In this document: positions 1-7,537 of the stretch, one piece after another
Layout of the letters: the number at the start of each line of letters is the position of its first letter
Numbering within the stretch: position 1 is the stretch's first letter
Source of the DNA: a virus
Lineage: Duplodnaviria; Caudoviricetes
Length of the DNA: 33,795 bases
Reading direction: 5' to 3' (one strand)
IMG/VR virus record: IMGVR_UViG_3300037140_000274
Location: 1-33,795 of that record
The notes under the pieces: generated by a model
The model's input: only the letters and a program-made list of their open reading frames with translations
Told to the model about the DNA's origin: nothing
Databases searched by the model: none
Position numbers and translations under genes: made by a program

Positions 1-2
1 GC

Positions 3-320
3 GCGAACCTCAGCGGCGCGTACCTCAGCGGCGCGAACCTCAGCGGCGCGAACCTCCGCGACGCGTACCTCAGCGACGCGTACCTCCGCGGCGCGAACCT
101 CAGCGGCGCGTACCTCCGCGACGCGTACCTCAGCGGCGCGTACCTCCGCGGCGCGAACCTCAGCGGCGCGTACCTCAGCGGCGCGAACCTCCGCGGCGCG
201 AACCTCCGCGGCGCGAACCTCAGCGGCGCGTACCTCAGCGGCGCGAACCTCAGCGGCGCGAACCTCCGCGGCGCGAACCTCCGCGGCGCGAACCTCAGCG
301 GCGCGAACCTCAGCGGCGCG
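3..320 (+). repeat. 15-bp coding tandem repeat GCG(A/T)ACCTC(A/C)GCG(G/A)C, about 21 units
   Basis: Directly visible tandem array encoding the pentapeptide repeats. Confidence 0.95.
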
Positions 321-635
321 TACGAACTCGATTCGGCGATCATGCCCGGCGGCTTTACGTTTGCGGTCTACAAAGCCGAGGTGGTGCCTGCTTTGCTCGC
401 TGCGGGCGGTCGCGATCCGAAAGAAGTCGCAGCGAAATCATGGGACTGTCACCAATGGGATAACTGCCCGATGGCCGAGGCGTTCGGCGTTCATGGCATT
501 GACGAGGTTCCGCCGCTCTATCGCGAGCAGGCGCGCTTGTTCGTGCAATTCTTCGACGCGAATCTGTTGCCGAACCCGTTCGAGTTCCATCAAGCGGACG
601 CGATGACGTACCCGCTTTCCGGTGGCGTATCTTGA
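3..635 (+). CDS. Pentapeptide-repeat protein (5'-truncated) with Cys/His-containing C-terminal domain
   Basis: The frame from position 3 reads A(N/Y)L(S/R)(G/D) repeatedly and continues without a stop into ORF 342..635 (...[17 protein letters not shown]...[15 protein letters not shown]). Confidence 0.9.
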   Translation, partial: ANLSGAYLSGANLSGANLRDAYLSDAYLRGANLSGAYLRDAYLSGAYLRGANLSGAYLSGANLRGANLRGANLSGAYLSGANLSGANLRGANLRGANLSGANLSGAYELDSAIMPGGFTFAVYKAEVVPALLAAGGRDPKEVAAKSWDCHQWDNCPMAEAFGVHGIDEVPPLYREQARLFVQFFDANLLPNPFEFHQADAMTYPLSGGVS

Positions 636-853
636 AAGCACTACTATCTGACATTGCGCGTTGCGGGTCAATCAGGCCGCATGGTCCGCACATGTACGCG
701 CTAGACGAGGAAACCGAGTCAGGCGATTGGGACGCCTTCTGCCGCGGTCTTTGCATTCACGGCCGCTGCTTTGAGCACGAAGCGCAACGGTTTGTTGACG
801 GCGGTCCTGAGCCGTACGAATGCCTTGGCGGTCGGAGTTTTGAGATCACATGA
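632..853 (+). CDS. Hypothetical protein (Cys/His-rich)
   Basis: TTG start overlaps the upstream stop and its stop overlaps the next ATG (4-nt coupling at both ends). Confidence 0.6.
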   Translation: MKALLSDIARCGSIRPHGPHMYALDEETESGDWDAFCRGLCIHGRCFEHEAQRFVDGGPEPYECLGGRSFEIT

Positions 854-1530
854 AACCGTTGTTACGGGCTAAACCCCGTTTGCTGGACCTGTTCTGCTCG
901 GCCGGCGGTGCTGGCATGGGCTACATGCTCGGCGGCTTTGACGAGTATGAGATCGTCGGCGTAGACATTGATCCGCAGCCGCGCTACCCGTTCAAGTTCG
1001 TGCAGGCTGACGCGCTGACGTTCCCGCTCGACGGGTTCGACTTCATCCACGCCTCGCCGCCGTGCCAACGGTTCTCGGATCTCGCGCACCGCAACGGCAA
1101 CGCGCATGAATGGCCCGACCTTATCGACCCCATTCGCCAACGGCTCATCCCGGCCAGCGTGCCCTACGTCATCGAGAACGTGGAACGATCGCCGCTCATC
1201 AAACCCATCATGCTATGCGGAACGATGTTCCCAGGGCTCCGTGTGCTGCGCCACCGCCTGTTCGAGTCCAATGTACCGCTGACGGCCCCGGCGCACGGAG
1301 CGCACCCCTTGGTGTTCACGCACGATAAGCGCAAGGCGCACTACGGCCAGCTTGACGAGCGCACCGCATTCGTCCAAGTCACGGGCGGCGGGAATTGCTC
1401 GGTAGCTGCGGCCCGCGAAGCGATGGATATTGATTGGATGACCAAGGACGAATTGAACGAAGCGATCCCGCCGGCATACACCGCGCATATCGCCCGCCAA
1501 CTGCTCGCGTCGATCGCGGTCGCGGCATGA
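850..1530 (+). CDS. DNA (cytosine-5)-methyltransferase, short phage type
   Basis: Motif I LLDLFCSAGG, catalytic motif IV IHASPPCQ, motif VI YVIENV, motif VIII-like RHRLFE and C-terminal EAIPPAYT. Confidence 0.9.
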   Translation: MKPLLRAKPRLLDLFCSAGGAGMGYMLGGFDEYEIVGVDIDPQPRYPFKFVQADALTFPLDGFDFIHASPPCQRFSDLAHRNGNAHEWPDLIDPIRQRLIPASVPYVIENVERSPLIKPIMLCGTMFPGLRVLRHRLFESNVPLTAPAHGAHPLVFTHDKRKAHYGQLDERTAFVQVTGGGNCSVAAAREAMDIDWMTKDELNEAIPPAYTAHIARQLLASIAVAA

Positions 1531-1880
1531 AAGAAGATAGCAGCAAAGTGGAATTTGAAGAGATAGCAGATGAGCTTGCGGCGCTCATAAAACCGTTGGG
1601 TCCGCATGCTGGAATGTATGAAAGCATTCCTGAGCATACGCGTCTTGTGGTTACCCGTGCCATTTCCGCGCTACGCTTTGCCGCTCCCAAGGTCGTGGGC
1701 GCGGTCCATCATGCTCCGCCCGGTGTGCCGATGATCGCGATAACGGCCGAGCGAATCCACATGCTGGATTACCTCGCCGCCAATGATTATGACGAGCCGT
1801 TCGGAACGGATTCGGAAGACGCTGAAGATCGCATGATGCGAATTTGTCGCGAGATGCTCGCTGAGGCACAAAGCAAATGA
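1527..1880 (+). CDS. Hypothetical protein
   Basis: ATG at 1527 overlaps the MTase stop (ATGA); reads MKEDSSKVEF... Confidence 0.65.
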   Translation: MKEDSSKVEFEEIADELAALIKPLGPHAGMYESIPEHTRLVVTRAISALRFAAPKVVGAVHHAPPGVPMIAITAERIHMLDYLAANDYDEPFGTDSEDAEDRMMRICREMLAEAQSK

Positions 1881-1905
1881 AATGTTCCTTTCAGGAGATA
1901 GTTTA

Positions 1906-2229
1906 ATGGCACGTTACACAAAACGCCCGGTCACTATTGAGGCCGTGAAGGTTCTTGCGCCCGACTTCGGCCCGGATGGGTTCGATGGGCGCGTGTTCAC
2001 GGAGTATCCGCTTTGGCTTCGTGATGCCGTGGACGCAAAGCAAGTCTATCCGGTCGGCGATGATCGCGACTACGCGCTTTGGAAGATCAAGACGCTTGAA
2101 GGCGAGATGACGGCGGAGCCCGGCGATATGATTATCCGTGGCGTTAAGGGCGAATTGTATCCGTGCAAGGCCGACATTTTTGAGATGACCTACGAGCCCG
2201 AGTTCGTGCCGAGCATCCGAAATGAATAG
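1906..2229 (+). CDS. Conserved phage protein (PGDYG-like; TLEG..A.PGD.II.G.KGE.YPCK.DIF..TY signature)
   Basis: AGGAGA SD upstream of ATG 1906. The signature IKTLEGEMTAEPGDMIIRGVKGELYPCKADIFEMTYE is typical of a widespread phage family. Confidence 0.8.
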   Translation: MARYTKRPVTIEAVKVLAPDFGPDGFDGRVFTEYPLWLRDAVDAKQVYPVGDDRDYALWKIKTLEGEMTAEPGDMIIRGVKGELYPCKADIFEMTYEPEFVPSIRNE

Positions 2230-2656
2230 CAACAAACTGTCATTTGACGCGATAGCCGCAAAGCAAGATCGGTTCTGGAGGTTCGTCGCACCGATGACGG
2301 ATGACCGTGGCTGCTGGGAGTGGTTCGGCGGTCGCAACGGTGACGGATATGGGACCACGTCGTTCGGCATGTCCGCGCATCGTGTATCGTTCATTTTGCA
2401 CAATGGGGAGATCGGTTCTGCTTGGGTTCTTCATCGCTGCGATAACCCGTCATGCGTGAACCCAATGCACCTGTTTCTTGGCGACAATACGGCGAACGTC
2501 CGTGACATGGTTGCTAAGGGCCGGCACTCCGCGCAGCTTAAAACGCATTGCAAGCGTGGTCATTTACTGAGCGGCGAGAACCTACGCCCTCATCCACTGT
2601 GGCGCGTATGTCGCGCCTGCAAGAACGATAGGAGGCGCGAAAATGGAACCAAGTGA
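2222..2656 (+). CDS. HNH homing endonuclease with C-terminal KTHCKRGH/CxxC zinc module
   Basis: CWEW...GYG...AHRVS...VLHRCDNPSCVNPMHL..G...NVRDM, followed by KTHCKRGH...CRAC. Confidence 0.9.
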   Translation: MNSNKLSFDAIAAKQDRFWRFVAPMTDDRGCWEWFGGRNGDGYGTTSFGMSAHRVSFILHNGEIGSAWVLHRCDNPSCVNPMHLFLGDNTANVRDMVAKGRHSAQLKTHCKRGHLLSGENLRPHPLWRVCRACKNDRRRENGTK

Positions 2657-3527
2657 AGTCGAAGTCCAGCGGATGACGCAATGGTTCATGGACAACTACT
2701 CCGACAGTAAAACGTCAGAGGAAATTGTCCGAGGCTTCCTTTCCGCTCTCGCCCAACAGGCTCAGCCGCTCTGCAAGTCGATTTGGCGCGGGTTTGAGTG
2801 CGAACTCGTCAACGGCCATTTGGGTCGCCACTACCATGACGATATGGAATTGAACGGCGACCTGTGGTGGAGTGACGATGACGTTCTTGGGTTGCTCGAC
2901 GACGCCCAACAGACGCACCGATGCGATAACCCTGACGAGTGCGCGACCTGCAATCCGTATAGCCAACAGGCGCAGAAACATTGCGATTACGAAGTGTTGG
3001 CGGGGGACGGTTCGTGGTGGTGCTGCTTGCCCAAGGGCCATTGGGGCGAACATCGCGATGCGCGCTATTTTACCCAACAGGCACAGCCCGACCATCACTT
3101 GCGGCGTAATCCGCACAATAACCAGGATTGGTGTGAATCGTGCAATTCGTATTCTTGCCAAGCCCAACAGGTGCAGCCGCTGACGGACGAGGACGCGAGC
3201 CGCATTGCGCTTGCCGTATTCGATGCGGATGGTCCTGACTCGCTTGCTATCGTTCACGACATCGTGTTGAGATACGAAGCGCATACGCGCCGCCGCGACC
3301 GGATGGCCCAACAGGCGCAGCCCGAGATGCCGACGCGCGAGCAGATTCTTCAAGCACTTGCGAAGGCGAACGCATTTGATTGGGGCCAAGCAGCCGACGC
3401 CGTGCTGGCGCTCTTTGCGCCGAAGGAAACGCTCTCGGTCTGCGACTTCTGCGGCGGCGATCCGATGACCGACGACGATTGGCACAAGCACATGGAAACC
3501 GTTCACAATGCACCGCCGCGCCATTAG
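2643..3527 (+). CDS. Modular hypothetical protein built from Cys/His mini-modules separated by AQQAQP linkers
   Basis: AGGAGG SD before ATG 2643. Six QQ(A/T/V)Q-type linkers separate segments, most of which carry C/H clusters. Confidence 0.75.
   Translation: MEPSEVEVQRMTQWFMDNYSDSKTSEEIVRGFLSALAQQAQPLCKSIWRGFECELVNGHLGRHYHDDMELNGDLWWSDDDVLGLLDDAQQTHRCDNPDECATCNPYSQQAQKHCDYEVLAGDGSWWCCLPKGHWGEHRDARYFTQQAQPDHHLRRNPHNNQDWCESCNSYSCQAQQVQPLTDEDASRIALAVFDADGPDSLAIVHDIVLRYEAHTRRRDRMAQQAQPEMPTREQILQALAKANAFDWGQAADAVLALFAPKETLSVCDFCGGDPMTDDDWHKHMETVHNAPPRH
3392..3522 (+). repeat. 131-bp direct repeat, copy 1
   Basis: Identical to 3975-4105 (agccgacgccgtgctggcg...caccgccgcgcc); similarity continues about 25 bp further. 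Confidence 0.95.
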
Positions 3528-3551
3528 CGCATAACGAGGATTTGACGAGAT

Positions 3552-3833
3552 ATGAAAATCGGAGCGTTGACGATCCTGAGCCGGATGCATTGCAACGGCA
3601 CCCCCACCGATGGCTGGCTCCTCGCTGGCTGGCATCCGCGCGCGTCGATCACATGGCGTTGGGGCCTCGATTGGTCCCCGTACAAACCGTACAACGATTC
3701 GTTCTTTTTCATCAAGACGAACGGTGGCGGAATCGCCGGCTTCCGTCTGCCCTACCTTGGCAACGTCTCGTTCTCGACGCAAGAGTTTATGCTAGACCCG
3801 AGCGTGCTACCGGTCATGCATCAAGGGAGATGA
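3552..3833 (+). CDS. Hypothetical protein (Trp-rich)
   Basis: GAGGA upstream, ATG start, fits operon packing. Confidence 0.65.
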   Translation: MKIGALTILSRMHCNGTPTDGWLLAGWHPRASITWRWGLDWSPYKPYNDSFFFIKTNGGGIAGFRLPYLGNVSFSTQEFMLDPSVLPVMHQGR

Positions 3834-3834
3834 G

Positions 3835-4467
3835 TTGAAAACAGTATTGACTGAGATACCCTCACGCGAGCAGATCGCTGAAGCCCTTTGGCGCGCGTCG
3901 GATCATTGGACGGCTCACGAATGGCCGTTACGCAAAATCAAAACGACTGAGGCGTGGCAGACTTATCTGCGTCAAGCCGACGCCGTGCTGGCGCTCTTTG
4001 CGCCGAAGGAAACGCTCTCGGTCTGCGACTTCTGCGGCGGCGATCCGATGACCGACGACGATTGGCACAAGCACATGGAAACCGTTCACAATGCACCGCC
4101 GCGCCCTTTAGCGCATAGCGAGGATTTGAAGATGTATCTACATAGCGAAGGCTTAGACCCCGAGATGGCTCGCGCGCTAGACGAAGATGCGCGCAAGCTG
4201 GAGTCGATGGGCATGGATGCCGGCGCAACGATCAAGGACATTCGCCTACGCTATTCCGATGCAAAAGTCGGTGACGTGGTTGAGTGCTGGAACGATGATA
4301 CGGGCGACGAGTGGGGTCCGTGTACGCTCGTTAAGTCATATCGCCGAAAAGGCAACGCGAAAGGCTGGATGGCGAAGTGGTGGGTCGGGCGCGACGAAGC
4401 CAAGGGTTACGAATGGCGCTTTACTGAGGAGTGCATCTACGTGCTCAACGGAGTCGAAATTCAGTGA
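3835..4467 (+). CDS. Hypothetical mosaic protein; apparent fusion, with a possible internal start at 4132
   Basis: Contains the duplicated ADAVLALF...CDFC...H..H module, then GAGGA plus an in-frame ATG at 4132. Confidence 0.65.
   Translation: MKTVLTEIPSREQIAEALWRASDHWTAHEWPLRKIKTTEAWQTYLRQADAVLALFAPKETLSVCDFCGGDPMTDDDWHKHMETVHNAPPRPLAHSEDLKMYLHSEGLDPEMARALDEDARKLESMGMDAGATIKDIRLRYSDAKVGDVVECWNDDTGDEWGPCTLVKSYRRKGNAKGWMAKWWVGRDEAKGYEWRFTEECIYVLNGVEIQ
3975..4105 (+). repeat. 131-bp direct repeat, copy 2
   Basis: Identical to 3392-3522. Confidence 0.95.
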
Positions 4468-4844
4468 GCACGAAAACAGTATACGATGAGTTACTAGAAA
4501 TCGCAGACCGCTACAAGGCGGCGTCTGCCGAGCATCGCGAACTTCGTGCGCGCGCCGACGATGAAGATAGCAAGTCGCTAGCCGAGGACTTGTACCGTGA
4601 CGCTCGCCGCGCCCTTGAACGCTTTGAGTCAATCGAAGGCGAACTCAATCGCTGGATAGATCAGCATTCCGATTGGGACTACATGGAACACGGAACGCTT
4701 ATCAAAGCGGTTCGGGAGTTGGCTCAACCAAGTCTCCCCGACGACGCGCGCGAGGCTCTAGTCTGGATTCGCGACCAGGGGGCAGGCGATACGGTCGGCG
4801 TTTACGACCGCGCACGTTTCTTAGCGCGGAGGCTGTTGTCTTGA
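4464..4844 (+). CDS. Hypothetical coiled-coil protein
   Basis: GTG at 4464 overlaps the upstream TGA; helical charged sequence. Confidence 0.65.
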   Translation: MSTKTVYDELLEIADRYKAASAEHRELRARADDEDSKSLAEDLYRDARRALERFESIEGELNRWIDQHSDWDYMEHGTLIKAVRELAQPSLPDDAREALVWIRDQGAGDTVGVYDRARFLARRLLS

Positions 4845-5101
4845 AAGAACGATTGACGGATATTGTTTCGGAGGCTCCCGTTGACTTGCTTGCGCGCCAC
4901 TTAGCGAACGCGCTCGAAGCGATTCAACTGCTGCACGACGCGAACGACGAACTACGCGCCCGGCTGAAGGTTTGCGAGATTCGCCTCGGCTTGAAGCCAG
5001 CGCCCGCGATCACGATGCCTGAGGCGGCGCAGAAGCGCACCGTCGAACTAATACGCAAGGCTGTCCCGGCAATCGGCGACCTACGCGATTGGGTGACCTA
5101 A
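4841..5101 (+). CDS. Hypothetical coiled-coil protein
   Basis: TTG at 4841 overlaps the upstream TGA; LEAIQLLHDANDELRARLK has a heptad pattern. Confidence 0.6.
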   Translation: MKERLTDIVSEAPVDLLARHLANALEAIQLLHDANDELRARLKVCEIRLGLKPAPAITMPEAAQKRTVELIRKAVPAIGDLRDWVT

Positions 5102-5170
5102 ATGCAGCATGAGCGCATGATCCGCATCAAGCGCGCTTGGGATGACTACTCGGCGAAAAAGCACGTATGA
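5102..5170 (+). CDS. 22-aa coupled mini-ORF MQHERMIRIKRAWDDYSAKKHV
   Basis: ATG immediately follows the upstream TAA, and its TGA overlaps the next ATG (ATGA). Confidence 0.45.
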   Translation: MQHERMIRIKRAWDDYSAKKHV

Positions 5171-5448
5171 GCGACCGCATTTGGACGTGCGCTGTCTGCC
5201 GCAAACAAGAGCGGTGGGGAAAGTCGTGGTCCTGGTTTGGCTCGCGCAAGGATGAGGATGATTGGAGCCGTGAGGTCCTAGAGCAAAACGCGGTGTGTTC
5301 GGATGCTTGCAAGGCTCTGCACAAGCCGATAAAGTTCAAGCAGACGGCGGCTGAGATCGCGACGGAGAAGCGACTTCGCAAACAACAACGCAAAGCACCG
5401 CGCTCGGTGATAGACCATTCGCGTCCATCCGTGCTGGTGGACCTCTAA
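5167..5448 (+). CDS. Small zinc-finger protein (CxxC...CSxxC) with basic tail
   Basis: WTCAVC and VCSDAC motifs. Confidence 0.65.
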   Translation: MSDRIWTCAVCRKQERWGKSWSWFGSRKDEDDWSREVLEQNAVCSDACKALHKPIKFKQTAAEIATEKRLRKQQRKAPRSVIDHSRPSVLVDL

Positions 5449-5479
5449 ACAATATCTTGAAAGGCGCATTGCTCGTTAT

Positions 5480-5941
5480 ATGAAAATTAAAGTTTCTCCC
5501 GGGGTTCGTTTTTGGCGTTTCGTTACGATCGGCGAACCCAACGAATGCTGGCTATGGAATGGCGCCGTAGAGAAAAGCGGATATGGGCGCTTTGCCGTTT
5601 CGCACAGGAAAATGCGCGGTGCCCATGCGTTCGCATTGGAACTTGCCACTGGCGAACCCGCTAATGGTCGCTGGACCCTTCACTCATGCGACGTGCGGGC
5701 GTGCGTCAACCCGGGTCATCTCCGGTACGGTGACGGATTCGACAATATGCAGGATGCCCGCGACCGCGGCCGGTTAGCGATCGGAGCGCGGCAAGGACAC
5801 GCGAAGCTGACAGCCGACAACGTCGCCGAGATCCGTTCCTTGTATGGAAAAGAACAGGGCGTCGCCTTAGCGCGGCGCTTCAACGTGCTGCCGCAAACGA
5901 TCTCGATGATCCAGCGCGGCAAGAATTGGGCGTGGCTATGA
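5480..5941 (+). CDS. HNH homing endonuclease with C-terminal HTH
   Basis: ECWLW..GYG..AH..LHSCDVRACVNPGHL..G...NMQD, then AKLT..V.EIR....LARRFNV..TIS.I.RGKNW. Confidence 0.9.
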   Translation: MKIKVSPGVRFWRFVTIGEPNECWLWNGAVEKSGYGRFAVSHRKMRGAHAFALELATGEPANGRWTLHSCDVRACVNPGHLRYGDGFDNMQDARDRGRLAIGARQGHAKLTADNVAEIRSLYGKEQGVALARRFNVLPQTISMIQRGKNWAWL

Positions 5942-6417
5942 ATATCTCTATTAGGACGATACCGCATGCGGACCAACTGTACGAAACGGTCGGAAATTAT
6001 TTTCTGATACCGAACGAAACCGACGTCGCTCGCCGACTCGATGTCGTCGTGTCCGACCTGCGCGACTGGAAGATGGAATTCCTCATCGGCATACATGAGA
6101 CTATCGAAAGCGCGCTGATGCTAGCCGCGGGCATCCCGTTGATCGCGTCGACCGAGTTCGACGTGCTGTACGAGGCGGCGCGTCCCGACGAGGACGACTG
6201 GCGCAACAGCGACGCCGTCGACAAGTTCCGCGCGGTGATCGGGCCCGATGATCCGCTGCCGACGCGCGACTCCGAACCCGGCGACCATCCGGCGTCGCCG
6301 TACAAGCGCCAGCACTGCTTCGCCACGTCGGTTGAACGGCTACTGGCGGCCGAGCTGGGCGTCGACTGGGAAGCCTACACCATCGCGTGCGAAAACGCGG
6401 GAAAGCCTAAAGCATGA
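5938..6417 (+). CDS. Conserved phage protein with HExxE motif, possibly a metal-dependent hydrolase
   Basis: ATGA-coupled; IGIHETIE and EPGDHP.SPY..QH.FA motifs. Confidence 0.6.
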   Translation: MNISIRTIPHADQLYETVGNYFLIPNETDVARRLDVVVSDLRDWKMEFLIGIHETIESALMLAAGIPLIASTEFDVLYEAARPDEDDWRNSDAVDKFRAVIGPDDPLPTRDSEPGDHPASPYKRQHCFATSVERLLAAELGVDWEAYTIACENAGKPKA

Positions 6418-6881
6418 CGCTGATCTCACCGGAAATCGCCGAACTCATCCACGTGCGCCCGGCCGGCGCATATCTCGTCGTGCTGGCTGACGTGCCCGAG
6501 ACCGGCATCGAGAAGACGGCGAGCGGACTGTTTATCGACGTGCGCTCGAGCCTGGGGGGCGTCGCGCTGCCCGATACGGTTGAGAACGAGCCGATTGAGG
6601 GCCGCGTCGTCGCGGTTGGCCCGGGCGTTCCTTTCGAGATACCGTACTGGCTGATCGAAAAGATCGCGGACGAGCTCGTAGCGGCAAACCACTTTTTGCC
6701 GGAAGTCCGCGAAACGGTGCTTGCGCTGATCTCGCGCGTCGCCGCCGAGCCACGTCCGCTTCAGGTGAAGGTCGGCGATCGCATTCTCTGGACGCCGTGG
6801 GCCGCGTTCTCCATCACGCTTGAGGGCATCGCGTATCACGTGATCACCGAGGACGACGTCGTCGGGACGATCACCGGTTAA
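6414..6881 (+). CDS. groES: GroES/Cpn10-like co-chaperonin with insertions
   Basis: VRP.G..LVV, EKTASGL, EGRVVAVGPG, PLQVKVGDRILW and I.EDDVVG motifs. Confidence 0.85.
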   Translation: MTLISPEIAELIHVRPAGAYLVVLADVPETGIEKTASGLFIDVRSSLGGVALPDTVENEPIEGRVVAVGPGVPFEIPYWLIEKIADELVAANHFLPEVRETVLALISRVAAEPRPLQVKVGDRILWTPWAAFSITLEGIAYHVITEDDVVGTITG

Positions 6882-6900
6882 AGCGCGCCCCAGAGAATAG

Positions 6901-6930
6901 AAAAAGCGCCGCGGTAAACGGCGCTTTTTT
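6901..6930. terminator. Bidirectional intrinsic terminator between the convergent arms
   Basis: AAAAAGCGCCG-cggtaaa-CGGCGCTTTTTT, with A and T tracts on either side, between stops at 6881 (+) and 6952 (-). Confidence 0.9.
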
Positions 6931-6951
6931 ATTTGCCCGGTTGGGGTTCCG

Positions 6952-7512
6952 CTAGGTCGCGGTGACGGAGATGGTCGCGGTGCGCGGAGGCGTTTCGGAC
7001 GTCGAGATCGTGATCGTCGACGAGCCCGGAGCGACTTCCGTGACCGTGACAGCGGCGCCGGAAACGGCAACCGTGGCGACCGTAGTATCCGACGACGTCG
7101 CGGTGTAGCCGGCCGAGTAGGTCGTCGAGTCGCTGATCGAAGCGGTCCCGACCGAGCCGACGCCGGTGATCGAGAGCGTCGCGGGGCTGACGGTCAGCGT
7201 GGGCGCACCGGTGGGATTTGCGTCCGTCGACGTGACCGTGTTGATCGCGGTCGCCAGCGTTGCGTTATCCGCGAGCACCTTCGCCACTTCGGCGGTCAGG
7301 GAGGGCGGGACCGACGCGGAGTCGGCGAGTTTTTGAAGGATCGCGCTGTTGGCGGCTACGGCAGCCGACAGCGATGTGAGTTCGGTATCTTCGGCCGCGA
7401 GCGCGGCGTCGAGGTCGGCGATAGTGGCCAATTCGGTCTCCTGATTTTGGATGATGCGTTGCAACGCGGCGAGGACCTTCGACTCGAATTCCTGGGAAAT
7501 CCAGCGCCACAT
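6952..7512 (-). CDS. Coiled-coil plus C-terminal Ig-like (Big_2-like) domain protein
   Basis: Ala/Leu heptad N-terminal half; C-terminal LTVSPATLSI...ATSSDTTVATV...VAPGSSTITIS pattern typical of bacterial Ig-like domains. Confidence 0.7.
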   Translation of the reverse strand: MWRWISQEFESKVLAALQRIIQNQETELATIADLDAALAAEDTELTSLSAAVAANSAILQKLADSASVPPSLTAEVAKVLADNATLATAINTVTSTDANPTGAPTLTVSPATLSITGVGSVGTASISDSTTYSAGYTATSSDTTVATVAVSGAAVTVTEVAPGSSTITISTSETPPRTATISVTAT

Positions 7513-7527
7513 GGAGCCATTCTACCA
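7513..7527 (-). promoter_or_regulatory. Putative extended -10 leaderless promoter (TGGTAGAAT-6 nt-ATG)
   Basis: The minus strand reads TGG TAGAAT GGCTCC ATG, with no SD before this ATG. Confidence 0.5.
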
Positions 7528-7537
7528 TAGACGAGCG

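Noticed and set aside
3-320. Possible CRISPR array or non-coding satellite
   Set aside because: The units are contiguous with no spacers and encode an in-frame pentapeptide repeat.
2751-3323. AQQAQP repeats as a CRISPR mini-array
   Set aside because: The repeats are short, degenerate and non-palindromic, spacer lengths vary widely, all are in frame in a CDS, and there are no cas genes.
3392-4105. Diversity-generating retroelement TR/VR pair
   Set aside because: The copies are identical over 131 bp with no adenine-specific mismatches, and there is no reverse transcriptase in the window.
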